Positions 47,149-55,693 of a stretch of 55,693 nt of DNA are shown here, piece after piece; position 1 is the stretch's first letter; each line of letters opens with the position of its first letter. A program made the translations under genes and the position numbers. Under the pieces are notes generated by a model that saw only the letters and a program-made list of their open reading frames with translations, was not told the origin of the DNA and made no database searches. The stretch spans positions 1-55,693 of the forward strand of contig DATDKW010000040.1 of the NCBI GenBank assembly GCA_036519715.1. The letters run 5' to 3'. The stretch comes from Mycobacteriales bacterium (GTDB taxonomy: Bacteria; Actinomycetota; Actinomycetes; Mycobacteriales; CADCTP01).

Positions 47149-47376
47149 GGCGCCTCGGTCGACCGACCGGGCAGCGCAGCGAGCTCGGCCCGGACGGCGT
47201 CCGCGCGGGGCGGCAGGGCCACGTCGAAGAGGCCGGCGGCCCGCTCCCAGCGCCGCCCCTGCCCCAGGTCGCCCGCGTCGATCGCCACTCGGCCCAGGCC
47301 GTACCCGCACCGGCCACCGGTCCGCTCCGCGTTGGCTGCGGTGCGGACGCCGGCGGCCGGCTGCCAGGATGGGCCG

Positions 47377-47703
47377 GTGACCGAGCTGGACGTGGAGGAC
47401 GCGAAGATCGTGACGCTGGCCCGGGCGGCGCGGGCCCGCGTCGGGGCCGCCGAGGGCGCCGCCGTGCGCGACACCGACGGCCGGACGTACGTGGGGACGA
47501 CGGTCGCGCTGCCGTCGCTGCGGCTGTCGGCCCTGCAGGCCGCCGTCGCGGCCGCGGTCGGCAGCGGGGCGACCGGCCTGGAGGCGGCCGCCCTGGTCAC
47601 CGAGGCGCCGGCCGCGGACGAGGCCGGCCGGGCCGCGGTCGCCGACCTGACCCCGGACGCGCCCGTCATCGTCGCCGGTCCGGACGGCACCCCCCGGGGC
47701 TGA
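47377..47703 (+). CDS. Conserved hypothetical protein, cytidine-deaminase-like (as commonly annotated between CNNM and era in actinobacteria)
   Basis: (M)TELDVEDAKIVTLARAARARVGAAEGAAVRDTDGRTYVGTTVALPSLRLSALQAAV. The call rests on my recollection of syntenic homologs only. No C/HxE or PCxxC zinc motif is visible. Confidence 0.55.
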   Translation: MTELDVEDAKIVTLARAARARVGAAEGAAVRDTDGRTYVGTTVALPSLRLSALQAAVAAAVGSGATGLEAAALVTEAPAADEAGRAAVADLTPDAPVIVAGPDGTPRG

Positions 47704-47744
47704 GGGCGGTCCGTCCCGGGACCGCCGGCGTCCTCCGAGACGCC

Positions 47745-47776
47745 GAGAGGGCGGCTCCCGCGGGAGCCGCCCTCTC
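47745..47776 (+). terminator. Very strong GC hairpin (13-15 bp), preceded by two smaller hairpins
   Basis: GAGAGGGCGGCTCCC / GGGAGCCGCCCTCTC around a central CCGCGG. Additional hairpins lie at 47705-47726 and 47727-47744. Confidence 0.6.
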
Positions 47777-47958
47777 GTACGAAACGCACCGGCCCGGCTG
47801 GTCGCCTCTCGGCGAGTGGTCGCTCGTGGCGACTGAAAGTGGAGCCCGGGGACACAGGTCCAGGTCGGTACGTCTGCTCCAACGTACCCCGGCCCGGGGA
47901 TCATTCCCCTGTCCGGCAGGTAAGAATCCGCTGACCGGGCAACTGGCAGGATGGCCGG

Positions 47959-48858
47959 GTGACCACATCCCGCTCCGGCTTCGCCAGCCTCGTGGGGCGG
48001 CCCAACGCGGGCAAGTCCACCCTGACCAACGCGCTGGTCGGCGAGAAGATCGCGATCACCTCCAGCCGCCCGCAGACCACCCGCCACGCGGTGCGCGGCA
48101 TCGTCACCCGCCCCGACGCCCAGCTGGTGCTGGTGGACACCCCCGGCCTGCACCGGCCGCGCACGCTGCTCGGTGAGCGGCTCAATGCGGTCGTCCGGGA
48201 GACCTGGGCCGACGTGGACGTGATCGCGCTCTGCCTGCCGGCCGACGAGCCGGTCGGGGCCGGGGACCGGTTCATCGCCCGGGAGCTGTCCCACCTCAGC
48301 GGCAAGCCGGTGTTCGCCGTGGTGACCAAGACCGACCTGGTCGAGCCGCCACAGGTGATCGCGGCGCTGACCGGCGCCCAGCGGCTGGGGGAGGAGACCG
48401 GGCTGGCCTTCGCCGAGATCGTGCCGGTGTCCGCGGTGTCCGCGTTCCAGGTCGACCTGCTCGCCGACCTGCTCATCGCCCGGCTGCCGGAGGGCCCGCC
48501 GCTCTACCTGGACGACGAGACCACCGACGAGCCGACCGAGACCCGGATCGCCGAGCTGATCCGGGAGGCCGCGCTCGAGGGCGTCCGGGACGAGCTGCCG
48601 CACTCGCTGGCCGTGTCCATCGACGAGACCCGGACCGAGGGCGACCTGACCGTCATCCACGCCACCGTGCACGTGGAGCGCGACAGCCAGAAGCCGATCG
48701 TCCTCGGCACCCGCGGGACCCGGCTGCGGACGGTCGGCACGGCCGCCCGGCACGAGATCGAGGCCCTGATCGGCGGCCGGGTCTACCTCGACCTGCACGT
48801 CAACGTGCTCAAGGACTGGCAGCGCGATCCCAGGCAATTGCGCCGCCTCGGCTTTTGA
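47959..48858 (+). CDS. era: GTPase Era
   Basis: G1 GRPNAGKST, DTPG, TKTD, and a C-terminal KH domain. Confidence 0.97.
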   Translation: MTTSRSGFASLVGRPNAGKSTLTNALVGEKIAITSSRPQTTRHAVRGIVTRPDAQLVLVDTPGLHRPRTLLGERLNAVVRETWADVDVIALCLPADEPVGAGDRFIARELSHLSGKPVFAVVTKTDLVEPPQVIAALTGAQRLGEETGLAFAEIVPVSAVSAFQVDLLADLLIARLPEGPPLYLDDETTDEPTETRIAELIREAALEGVRDELPHSLAVSIDETRTEGDLTVIHATVHVERDSQKPIVLGTRGTRLRTVGTAARHEIEALIGGRVYLDLHVNVLKDWQRDPRQLRRLGF

Positions 48859-50042
48859 TGCTGGGCGCCTATCGGCAGGTGTTGCGGGTCCCGGGGGCGG
48901 TGGCGTTCGCGTCGGCCGGGTTGATCGCGCGGTTCCCGCTGTCGATGCAGACGCTGGGCACGGTCCTGCTCGTCGCCGACGCCACCGGCTCGTACGCGCT
49001 GGCCGGGGCGGTGTCGGCCACCCTGGCCGCGGCCCAGGCCCTGCTGGGGCCGGTGCTGGGCCGGCTGGTGGACCGGCACGGCCAGGCCCGGGTGCTGCTG
49101 CCGGCGCTGGCCGTGCACACCGCCGGCGCCGCCGTGCTGATCGCCTGCGCCGCCGCCGACCTGCCGGTCTGGACCCTGTTCCCGGCGGCCGCGCTCTGGG
49201 GCGGCAGCTTCGCCCAGGCCGGCTCGCTGGTCCGGGCCCGCTGGGCCCACGCGCTGGGCGGCTCGCCGCTGCTGCCGACCGCGTTCTCGCTGGAGTCGGT
49301 GCTGGACGAGGTCGTGTTCGTGGTCGGCCCGGTGCTGGTCACGACGCTGGCGACCCAGGTCTCGCCGATCGTGGGGGTGGTCGCGGCCTGGGCGTTCGCG
49401 GCGACCGGCTCGCTGGCCCTGGCCGCGCTGCGCCGGACCGAGCCGCCGGCCCACCCGGTGACCGGCCGCGGCCCGTCGGCGCTGCGGCTGGCCGGGCTGC
49501 GGGTGATGGTCGTGGTCGGGCTGGCCACCGGCGGCATCTTCGGCTCGGTCGAGGTGGCCACGGTGGCGTTCACCGACGAGCGCGGCTCGCCCGGCGCGGC
49601 CGGGATCGTGCTGGCCCTGCTGGCCGCCGGCAGCCTGCTGTCCGGGCTGGGGTACGGCACGGTCAGCTGGCGTACGCCGGCGGCCCGCCGGTTCGTGCTC
49701 GGGGTGGGCGTGCTGGCGCTGGTCACGGTCCCGCTGCTGGCGGCGGGGAGCGTCCCGGTCCTGGCCGGGCTGGTCTTCCTGGCCGGGTTCGCGATCAGCC
49801 CGGCCCTGATCGCCGGGTTCGGGCTGCTGGAGGAGCTGGTGCCGGCCGCGTCCCGGACCGAGGGGCTGACCTGGTTCGGCACCGGGCTCGGCCTCGGGGT
49901 CGCGGTCGCGGCGTCGATCGCCGGCCAGGTGGTGGACGCGTCCGGAGCCCGGGCCGCGTTCGGGGTGACGGTGGCCGCCGGGGTGCTGGCCGCGCTGACC
50001 GCGCTGGCCGGGGCCCGGACGTTCAGCCGAGCCGGGCGCTGA
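48858..50042 (+). CDS. MFS transporter
   Basis: About 12 hydrophobic segments. ATG 48858 overlaps the era stop (TGATG). Confidence 0.82.
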   Translation: MLGAYRQVLRVPGAVAFASAGLIARFPLSMQTLGTVLLVADATGSYALAGAVSATLAAAQALLGPVLGRLVDRHGQARVLLPALAVHTAGAAVLIACAAADLPVWTLFPAAALWGGSFAQAGSLVRARWAHALGGSPLLPTAFSLESVLDEVVFVVGPVLVTTLATQVSPIVGVVAAWAFAATGSLALAALRRTEPPAHPVTGRGPSALRLAGLRVMVVVGLATGGIFGSVEVATVAFTDERGSPGAAGIVLALLAAGSLLSGLGYGTVSWRTPAARRFVLGVGVLALVTVPLLAAGSVPVLAGLVFLAGFAISPALIAGFGLLEELVPAASRTEGLTWFGTGLGLGVAVAASIAGQVVDASGARAAFGVTVAAGVLAALTALAGARTFSRAGR

Positions 50043-51021
50043 GCTCCCCGACGTCGAACTGCCAGAAATTGTGGTCGCCCCAGGGCCGGAAGCCGAGCCG
50101 GTCGTTGACCGCGAGCATGTGCCGGTTGGTGGTCGCGTTGCCGGTGAGCACCTCGGCGACCTGCGGGCGTTCGGCCCGGACCCGGACCAGCATGTCGGCC
50201 TTGACCCACAGCCCCAGCCCGGCGCCGCGGTGTGCAGGCAGGACCGCGGTGTCCTCCTGGGTGGCGCGGGGGGACCGCGGCGGCACCAGCAGCTCGGTGA
50301 ACCCGGCGACCGCGCCGGTCTCCTCGTGCACGGCCGCGACCACGCGGTATTCGCCCAGCGGCCGCATCACGGCCTCGTCGTCGCGGATCGTCTGCGGCGT
50401 GTACGTGAAGGCGCCGAAGTCGGCGTCGTCGTGCGGGGCGTCGTTCATCGCGCTCTTGGCCGCTGCGTAGCCGGCCAGCAGCTCGTCCGGGGTCCGCTCG
50501 GCCCAGGCCTCGATCCGGTAGCCCGGATGCTTCGCGGCCGCGACCGCGGCCACGTCGGCCCAGTCCACGTCGGCCAGGCGCAGCAGCGAGAGCCGCTCGA
50601 CCTGCACCACCCGGCCGCCCAGCCGGGTGGCGAGCCCGTCCGCCGGGCCGGCGTCCGCCCCGATCAGCAGCACCGTCCGGCCGTCCTCGGCCAGCACTGC
50701 CGCGGCCTCCCGCAGCAGCGCGGTGGCGACCCCGCGGCGCCGGTGGTCCGGGTGCACCCAGAGCTCCATCATGCCCATGTGCAGGTTGTCGACCACGGAC
50801 ACCCAGAGCACGCCCCAGCCGGCGATCCCGCCGTCCACCCGGGCGACCAGGTGCGGCCGGCGCCGGTCCGGGCGGTGCGAGCGGACCCGCGCGGCCACGT
50901 CCTCGAACACCGGTGGCGGGTCGGCCGGCTGGTCCCGCGCGGCCGCGGCCGCCCGCACGGCGAACATGCCCGCGATGTCGGCGTCGGTCGCGCTGGCGTG
51001 GTCGAGCCGCCGGATCTCCAC
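50023..51021 (-). CDS. GNAT family N-acetyltransferase, two-domain (paralog 1)
   Basis: HPDHRRRGVATALL and LPAHRGAGLGLWVKA acetyl-CoA-binding-type motifs. GTG 51021. It aligns over its full length with the next gene. Confidence 0.8.
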   Translation of the reverse strand: MEIRRLDHASATDADIAGMFAVRAAAAARDQPADPPPVFEDVAARVRSHRPDRRRPHLVARVDGGIAGWGVLWVSVVDNLHMGMMELWVHPDHRRRGVATALLREAAAVLAEDGRTVLLIGADAGPADGLATRLGGRVVQVERLSLLRLADVDWADVAAVAAAKHPGYRIEAWAERTPDELLAGYAAAKSAMNDAPHDDADFGAFTYTPQTIRDDEAVMRPLGEYRVVAAVHEETGAVAGFTELLVPPRSPRATQEDTAVLPAHRGAGLGLWVKADMLVRVRAERPQVAEVLTGNATTNRHMLAVNDRLGFRPWGDHNFWQFDVGELSARLG

Positions 51022-51061
51022 GGCTGATACCTACTCGGTCCCGGGTCGCCGCCCAACCGAA

Positions 51062-52093
51062 TTAGCGGGCGGCTCCGGCCGCGGGCGCCGCCGCCAGCCG
51101 GCGGGCCAGCTCCGGCACGTCGGCCTGCCAGCCGTTGATCTCGATCCAGGGCCGGAAGCCGAGCCGGGTGTTGATCGCCAGCATGTGCTGGTTGCCGGTC
51201 GAGTTGCCGGTGATCACCTCGGCCACGTCCGGCCGCTCGGCCCGCAGCCGGAGCAGCATCGCGGCCTTGATCCACAGGCCGAGACCGGAGCCCCGGTGCG
51301 CCGGCACCACCGCGGTGTCCCCCTGGCGGGCCCGCTCCGGCACGCGGCCGACCCCGGTCTCGGTGAAGCCCGCGACCTCGCCGGTGTCCGCGTGCACGGC
51401 GAACGTCACCCGGACCTCCTCCCGCCGGAGCTGGGCGGCCTCCTCGGCCCGCACCCGGTCCTCGTCGAACTCGAACGCCTCCAGGTCGGTCTCCCCGTGC
51501 GGGGCGTCGTTCATGGCCGACTTCGCCCGCGCGTACGACCCGATCAGCTCGTCCGGGATCCGGCCGGTCACCGGGACCAGCCGGTAGCCCGGGTGCGGCG
51601 CGGCCGCCGCCGCCTCGACCGCGGCCCAGTCGACGTCGGCCAGCCGCAGCAGGGACAGCCGGTCGGTCTCGACCACCCGCGCCCCGATGGCCCGCGCGAA
51701 CGCGTCGCCGGGCCCGCCGGCGTCGGTCTCGGCCAGCAGGATCGTCCGGCCGCCGGCCGCCAGCTCGGCCACCACGGCGCGCAGCAGGGCCGTGCCGACG
51801 CCGCGGCGCCGCCGGTCGGGGTGGACCTGGATGTCGGCCAGACCCATCCGCAGGTTGTCCAGCAACGACAGCCACAGCGAGGCGTGGCCGACCGGGCCGG
51901 CCTCGGTCCGGGCGACCAGGTGCACCATCCGCCGGTCGCGGCGGTCGGGCTCCCGCAGCCGGGTCGCCACGTCGGCGAGCGGCGGCGCCGGGTCGCGCGG
52001 CCGGTCGGCCGCGGCCGCCGCGGCCAGCACCGCGTGCACGCCCGCGACCATGTCGTCGGACACCGCCGCGGGGTCGATCTGCTCGATCTGCAC
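51062..52093 (-). CDS. GNAT family N-acetyltransferase, two-domain (paralog 2)
   Basis: [14 protein letters not shown] and [15 protein letters not shown]. It shares [23 protein letters not shown] and HMLA(I/V)N.RLGFRPW with paralog 1. GTG 52093, TAA stop. Confidence 0.8.
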   Translation of the reverse strand: MQIEQIDPAAVSDDMVAGVHAVLAAAAAADRPRDPAPPLADVATRLREPDRRDRRMVHLVARTEAGPVGHASLWLSLLDNLRMGLADIQVHPDRRRRGVGTALLRAVVAELAAGGRTILLAETDAGGPGDAFARAIGARVVETDRLSLLRLADVDWAAVEAAAAAPHPGYRLVPVTGRIPDELIGSYARAKSAMNDAPHGETDLEAFEFDEDRVRAEEAAQLRREEVRVTFAVHADTGEVAGFTETGVGRVPERARQGDTAVVPAHRGSGLGLWIKAAMLLRLRAERPDVAEVITGNSTGNQHMLAINTRLGFRPWIEINGWQADVPELARRLAAAPAAGAAR

Positions 52094-52164
52094 GCCTGAT
52101 ACCTACACGCCACCGCGGCGCCGCCCAACCGGATTTCGTCGGCGGCGGGTGGGAGACTCGACAG

Positions 52165-52905
52165 GTGCCCCTGTATCGCGACGAGGCCGTCGTCCTCCGC
52201 GTGCAGAAGCTGGGCGAGGCCGACCGGATCGTCACCCTGCTGACCAGGCGCAACGGGCGGGTCCGGGCGGTCGGCAAGGGGGTCCGGCGGACGATGTCCC
52301 GCTTCGGCGCCCGGCTGGAGCCGTTCAGCCACGTCGACGTGCAGCTGTGGACCGGCCGCTCGCTCGACATCGTCACCCAGGCCGAGACCCTGGGCGCGTA
52401 CGGCAAGGACATCGTCGGCGACTACGGCCGCTACACGACCGCGACCGCGGTGCTGGAGACGGCCGAGCGGCTCACCGCGGAGGAGCGGGAGCCGGCGCTG
52501 CGGCTGTTCCTGCTGGTGGTCGGGGCGCTGCGCGGGCTCGCCGTCGGCGCGCACGACCCCTCGCTGGTGCTGGACGCGTTCCTGGTCCGGGCCATGTCCG
52601 CGGCCGGCTGGGAGCCGGCCCTGGCCGAGTGCGCCCGCTGCGGCGACCCGGGGCCGCACCGCGCGTTCTCGGTGCCGGCCGGGGGAGCGGTCTGCCCGGA
52701 GTGCCGGCCGGCCGGCTCCTCCACCCCGGACGCGGAGTCGGTCGCGCTGATGGTCGCGCTGCTGTCCGGCGACTGGGGCACCGCCGAGGCCAGCGGGCCG
52801 GCCGCCCGGCGCGAGGCCAGCGGCCTGGTCGCGGCCCACCTGCAGTGGCATCTGGAGCGCGGCCTGCGGTCGCTGCCGCTGGTGGAGCGGGTGCGGCCGG
52901 TCTGA
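52165..52905 (+). CDS. recO: DNA repair protein RecO
   Basis: (M)[41 protein letters not shown] and the zinc-finger CARCG...CPEC. Confidence 0.95.
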   Translation: MPLYRDEAVVLRVQKLGEADRIVTLLTRRNGRVRAVGKGVRRTMSRFGARLEPFSHVDVQLWTGRSLDIVTQAETLGAYGKDIVGDYGRYTTATAVLETAERLTAEEREPALRLFLLVVGALRGLAVGAHDPSLVLDAFLVRAMSAAGWEPALAECARCGDPGPHRAFSVPAGGAVCPECRPAGSSTPDAESVALMVALLSGDWGTAEASGPAARREASGLVAAHLQWHLERGLRSLPLVERVRPV

Positions 52906-52918
52906 CTACGGTGGCCCG

Positions 52919-53695
52919 GTGACCGTTGCCGCCCCGCCGCCGCACCCGTCGGGCGCCCGCCCGCCGGCCATCCCGCGCGACCTGGTGCCGCGGCACGTGG
53001 CGCTGGTGATGGACGGCAACGGGCGCTGGGCCAACGCCCGCGGGCTGCCCCGGACCCGGGGTCACGAGGCCGGCGAGGCCGCCCTGCTCGACGTGATCCA
53101 CGGCGCGATCGAGCTGGGCGTGGGGACGCTCTCGGCGTACGCGTTCTCGACCGAGAACTGGCGCCGCTCCCCGGACGAGGTCCGGTTCCTGATGGGCTTC
53201 AACCGGGCCGTGATCCGGCGCCGCCGGGACGAGCTGAATGCCCTGGGCGTCCGGATCCGGTGGGCCGGCCGGCGGCCCCGGCTGTGGCGGTCGGTGATCT
53301 CCGAGCTGGAGGACGCCGAGCGGATGACGGCCGGGAACTCCACCATCACGCTCCAGTTCTGCGTGAACTACGGCGGGCGGGCCGAGATCGCCGACGCGGC
53401 CCGGGCCATCGCGCGGGAGGTCGCGGCCGGGCGGGTCGACCCGGAGAAGGTCGACGAGCGGATGATCGCCCGCCACCTGGACGAGCCCGACCTGCCGGAC
53501 GTCGACCTGTTCATCCGGTCCTCGGGCGAGCAGCGGACGTCGAACTTCCTGCTCTGGCAGTCCGCCTACGCGGAGCTGGTCTTCCTGGACACGCTGTTCC
53601 CCGACTTCGACCGGCGCGACCTGTGGAAGGCCTGCGAGGTGTACGCGTCCCGGGACCGCCGCTACGGCGGCGCCCTGGACACCCCCAGGACCTAG
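52919..53695 (+). CDS. uppS: Isoprenyl (undecaprenyl/decaprenyl) diphosphate synthase
   Basis: [47 protein letters not shown]. Confidence 0.96.
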   Translation: MTVAAPPPHPSGARPPAIPRDLVPRHVALVMDGNGRWANARGLPRTRGHEAGEAALLDVIHGAIELGVGTLSAYAFSTENWRRSPDEVRFLMGFNRAVIRRRRDELNALGVRIRWAGRRPRLWRSVISELEDAERMTAGNSTITLQFCVNYGGRAEIADAARAIAREVAAGRVDPEKVDERMIARHLDEPDLPDVDLFIRSSGEQRTSNFLLWQSAYAELVFLDTLFPDFDRRDLWKACEVYASRDRRYGGALDTPRT

Positions 53696-55200
53696 CCGCC
53701 GCAGGCCACCGGCGAGCCGGCTCGCGCCGGTCCGGACGGGCAGCCGACCGGCGCAGGCGCGACCGGCGCAGCCGCGGCCGGACCGGGCTCGCTCGCGGCC
53801 GGGCTCACACCGGTGCGGGGCGGCGTCGGGCGGACCACGACGGCCGTCACGGCCAGCGCGGCCAGCGCGAGCCCGGCCGCGACCGCGAACCCGAGCCGGA
53901 AGCCGCCCGCCAGCGCCGCGGCCCCGGTCCCGAGCGAGTCCGTCCGGGCCGCCGCCACCGCCGCCAGCACGGAGACCCCGAGCGCTCCGCCGACCTGCTG
54001 GGCCGTGTTCGCCAGTCCCGACGCCAGCCCGGCGTCGGCCTCGGTCGCGTCCGACATGGCCAGCGCGGTGATCGTGGGCAGCGCCAGCCCGGCCCCGGCG
54101 CCGAGCAGGAGCAGCGCCGGCAGCAGGTCCACCGCGTACCGGGCGTCGACCGGCAGCCGGGCCAGCACCGCCATCCCGGCCGCCAGCAGTCCCAGCCCGG
54201 TCAGCAGCACCGGCCGCGGCCCGAACCGGGCCGCCAGCCGGCCGGCCGGCCCGAGCGACAGGATCCCGATGCCGACCGCGACCGGGACCACGGCCAGCCC
54301 GGTCCGGGCCGGCCCGTACCCGAGGACCTGCTGGAGGAACAGCGCCGACAGGAACTGGAAGCCGAGCGCGGCCGCGACCATGAGCAGCTGCGCCGCGTTG
54401 GCGCCGGAGACCGCCCGGGACCGGAAGATCCGCAGCGGCAGCAGCGGCCGCGCCGTCCGGGCCTGCCGCAACACGAACCCGGCCAGCAGGGCCACCGCCG
54501 TCGTGGCCGAGCCGAGCGTCCAGGTCGAGGTCCAGCCCCGCTCCGGGGCCTGCACGATCGTCGCCACCCCGAGCATCAGCCCGCCGGTGACCAGCACGGC
54601 CCCGGGCACGTCGGCGCCGGCGGCCAGGCCCGCTCCGGCGTCCCGCGGCAGCACCCGGACCGCGGCGGCCAGCGCGACCACCCCGATGGGCGCGTTGACC
54701 AGGAACACCCAGCGCCAGTCCAGCACCTCGGTCAGCACGCCGCCGGTGACCAGCCCGAGCGACGCCCCGGCCGCCCCCACGAACGTCACCACGCCGATGG
54801 CCCGGGCCCGCTCGCCCGCGGCCGGGAACAGCGTCACCACCATGCCCAGCACCACCGCCGACGCGGCCGCCCCGCCCGCCCCCTGCACGAACCGGGCCAC
54901 GACCAGCATGGCCGGCCCGGTGGCCAGCCCGCAGCCGACCGAGGCGGCGGTGAAGACGGTCAGCCCGGCCAGGAAGGTCCGACGCCGCCCGAGCAGGTCG
55001 CCGAGCCGGCCCGCGAGCAGCAGCAGCCCGCCGAAGGCGACCAGGTAGCCGTTGACGACCCAGGCCAGCCCGGCGGTGGAGAAGCCGAGGGCGGCCTGGA
55101 CCGACGGCAGCGCGACGGCGACGATCGTGCCGTCGAGAATGATCATGAGCATGCCGGTGCAGAGCACGGCCAGGGCCGCCCGGCGTTCGGATCCCGTCAT
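53692..55200 (-). CDS. MFS transporter, DHA2 (EmrB/QacA, 14-TMS) type
   Basis: [29 protein letters not shown] (motif A-like), about 14 hydrophobic segments. It lies downstream of a MarR gene on the same strand. Confidence 0.88.
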   Translation of the reverse strand: MTGSERRAALAVLCTGMLMIILDGTIVAVALPSVQAALGFSTAGLAWVVNGYLVAFGGLLLLAGRLGDLLGRRRTFLAGLTVFTAASVGCGLATGPAMLVVARFVQGAGGAAASAVVLGMVVTLFPAAGERARAIGVVTFVGAAGASLGLVTGGVLTEVLDWRWVFLVNAPIGVVALAAAVRVLPRDAGAGLAAGADVPGAVLVTGGLMLGVATIVQAPERGWTSTWTLGSATTAVALLAGFVLRQARTARPLLPLRIFRSRAVSGANAAQLLMVAAALGFQFLSALFLQQVLGYGPARTGLAVVPVAVGIGILSLGPAGRLAARFGPRPVLLTGLGLLAAGMAVLARLPVDARYAVDLLPALLLLGAGAGLALPTITALAMSDATEADAGLASGLANTAQQVGGALGVSVLAAVAAARTDSLGTGAAALAGGFRLGFAVAAGLALAALAVTAVVVRPTPPRTGVSPAASEPGPAAAAPVAPAPVGCPSGPARAGSPVACGG

Positions 55201-55247
55201 GGTTCCGACCGTAACAGATGGTCCCGTCCGGAACTATCTCGATCGGA

Positions 55248-55693
55248 TCAAGTACGGCGGCGGGGTCCGCGCGGGCCCGGCTTGGCCAGGCGGTCGCTGA
55301 CCAGCGCGGTCATGCAGCGCACGAAGACCTCCCGGTCCGCGTCGGGCAGGCCGGACAGGATGTCGGCGTTGGCCTCGTCCACGACCTTCTGGCCGCGGGC
55401 CAGCAGCTCCTCGCCGGCCGGCGTGACCGCGACGATCCGGGCCCGCCGGTCGGTCGCGGACGGCCGCCGCTCGGCCAGCCCGGAACGCTCCAGCTCGTCC
55501 ATCGTCACGACCATGGTGGTCTTGTCCAGGCCGGCCAGCTCACCCAGCCGGGACTGGGTCAGCTCCTGGCCCAGCGCCTTGCCGAGCACGCAGATCACCC
55601 GCGGGGTGGTGCCGAGCTCGCCCAGCTTCGCGGTCAGCTCTGAGTCCACGGCGTGACCGGCGGAGGTGAACAGCAGACCCAGGTCGGGGGTGG
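55248..55693 (-). CDS. MarR family transcriptional regulator (5' end runs off the window)
   Basis: LTQSRLGELAGLDKTTMVVTMDELERSGLAERRPSATDRRARIVAVT is the wHTH. The frame stays open and protein-like (TPDLGLLFTSAGHAV...) to the window edge. Confidence 0.85.
   Translation of the reverse strand, partial: TPDLGLLFTSAGHAVDSELTAKLGELGTTPRVICVLGKALGQELTQSRLGELAGLDKTTMVVTMDELERSGLAERRPSATDRRARIVAVTPAGEELLARGQKVVDEANADILSGLPDADREVFVRCMTALVSDRLAKPGPRGPRRRT

Overview
This is a high-GC actinobacterial chromosomal segment, judged by eye from codon usage and gene content. I found no rRNA, tRNA, transposase, integrase or CRISPR. The backbone is conserved housekeeping synteny: rplU-rpmA (inverted), obg-proB, nadD-rsfS, leuS, degV, comEA-comEC-holA, rpsT, lepA, hemW, hrcA, dnaJ-rsmE, HIT-phoH-ybeY-CNNM, era, recO-uppS.

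Small accessory modules interrupt this backbone:
- MarR plus an ABC exporter.
- A polytopic membrane protein, a DUF4397 protein and a class F sortase.
- A decayed MscS gene.
- MoxR plus a VWA protein.
- Uma2, PaiB, a quinone oxidoreductase, and an RNase Sa-like protein with barstar.
- Two Pro/Thr-rich membrane proteins.
- A PAP2, MarR and VOC insertion.
- An ECF sigma factor with an anti-sigma candidate.
- Two tandem GNAT paralogs.
- MarR plus a DHA2-type MFS transporter.

Many long Arg/Gly/Pro/Ala-rich ORFs in the supplied track, including the 3655-aa one, are shadow ORFs and are rejected.

I do not see a self-contained, clearly novel defence-type system. The observations most worth a second look are:
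1. A relic rpmA 3' end and terminator sit in front of obg, while the intact rplU-rpmA pair is inverted.
2. Three GC-rich intergenic tandem-repeat arrays all sit at convergent gene junctions.
3. The sortase F, DUF4397 and membrane-protein operon carries a non-canonical sorting motif.
4. The hrcA-dnaJ operon is split by a 2.3-kb insertion, and each half has its own CIRCE element.
5. The MscS pseudogene has a 5' truncation and two opposite frameshifts.
6. proB has no canonical start codon for its conserved N-terminus.
7. An identical palindromic 16-mer occurs at two distant loci.
8. A 229-bp gap contains a coding-like minus-strand frame.

All start codons and boundaries were derived by hand and are approximate where noted.
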